Assembly: GCA_051294905.1 (NCBI GenBank)
Contig: CM119374.1
Span: 20,584,001 to 20,648,000 of the forward strand
Origin: Botryllus schlosseri
Taxonomy: Eukaryota
Direction: 5' to 3'
Length of the DNA stretch: 64,000 nt
Part shown: one piece after another, positions 63,579 to 64,000 of the stretch
Numbering within the stretch: position 1 is the stretch's first letter
Layout: every line of letters starts with the position of its first letter
Notes under the pieces: model-generated
Database searches by the model: none
What the model saw: only the letters and a program-made list of their open reading frames with translations
What the model was told of the DNA's origin: nothing
Program-made: the position numbers and the translations under genes

Positions 63579-64000
63579 CAGTGCTTTTCCACCTTTTTGA
63601 GCTCCATCCGCACTTTCTTTGTAAAATAAATTTCATTCGCACAAAATAATCGAAAATTGTTATACAAAAAGAAGATGAAGATACTTGACAACATTTTGTT
63701 CAGATGTGCAACAAATTGGCTACTATGTAGAAAAGCTATCAAGCTATCAAGACATTTGATTTCAACTATTTCTCCATGACCCTTATCGACCAAAGAATAT
63801 TGTTGGGTTTTCTACAAGAACATCTACTAGTGCTCGGGTGGCCAGGTCTTAAAATCTGTTGTGTACTCCTATCCAAAGTACAGCGTATTTTTCACGAGTG
63901 AAAAATGATTTCTGGTGGAATCCTTTTTGAGAGCTGACACAAAGGTCGCGGAGGATCCAGTTTGTCGAAAAACCCACATGTTTGTGTTGAGGCTTCTCCC
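63579..64000. mobile_element. Second copy of the 45358-47338 hAT family, runs off the window; possible decayed transposase C-terminus at 63904-63999 (+)
   Basis: CAGTGCTTTTCCACC end and ~250 bp reverse-complement similarity to 47110-47338. Frame DFWW...PTCLC*GFS weakly resembles the hAT dimerisation motif FW...TYLCExGFS. Confidence 0.75.

Noticed and set aside
63488-63793. 101-aa hydrophobic ORF as a membrane protein
   Set aside because: Mostly the terminal region of a hAT element also present at 47110-47338.

Overview
AT-rich eukaryotic (invertebrate animal) genomic DNA with spliceosomal introns. It is probably an ascidian/tunicate; this is an inference from 62-76 nt introns, splice-acceptor-like sites just upstream of most start codons and intron-less housekeeping genes. 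Left third: intron-less WIPI2/Atg18 (-), two decayed THAP-domain remnants, intron-less sphingosine-1-phosphate lyase SGPL1 (+) and a 7-exon ER-type hexose-6-phosphate dehydrogenase (H6PD, -). The H6PD has a GC-AG intron, apparently lacks the 6PGL domain and has Asp at the substrate-phosphate-binding Lys (RVDHFLSD vs RVDHYLGK). The right two thirds looks empty in the ORF track, but manual exon assembly gives a tandem array of three divergent four-TM LAPTM4-like genes on + (A 23591-40167, B 47474-51784, C 54575-58277). Gene A carries extra luminal-loop exons, including a duplicated pair that may be mutually exclusive, and two possible C-termini. Introns and intergenic DNA hold many non-autonomous hAT elements (four with perfect 8-bp TSDs, two nests), a Harbinger-like element, a ~660-nt foldback, tRNA-derived SINEs and an excess of TGACGTCA. 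All exon models were checked by hand for frame/phase, not against transcripts or databases.
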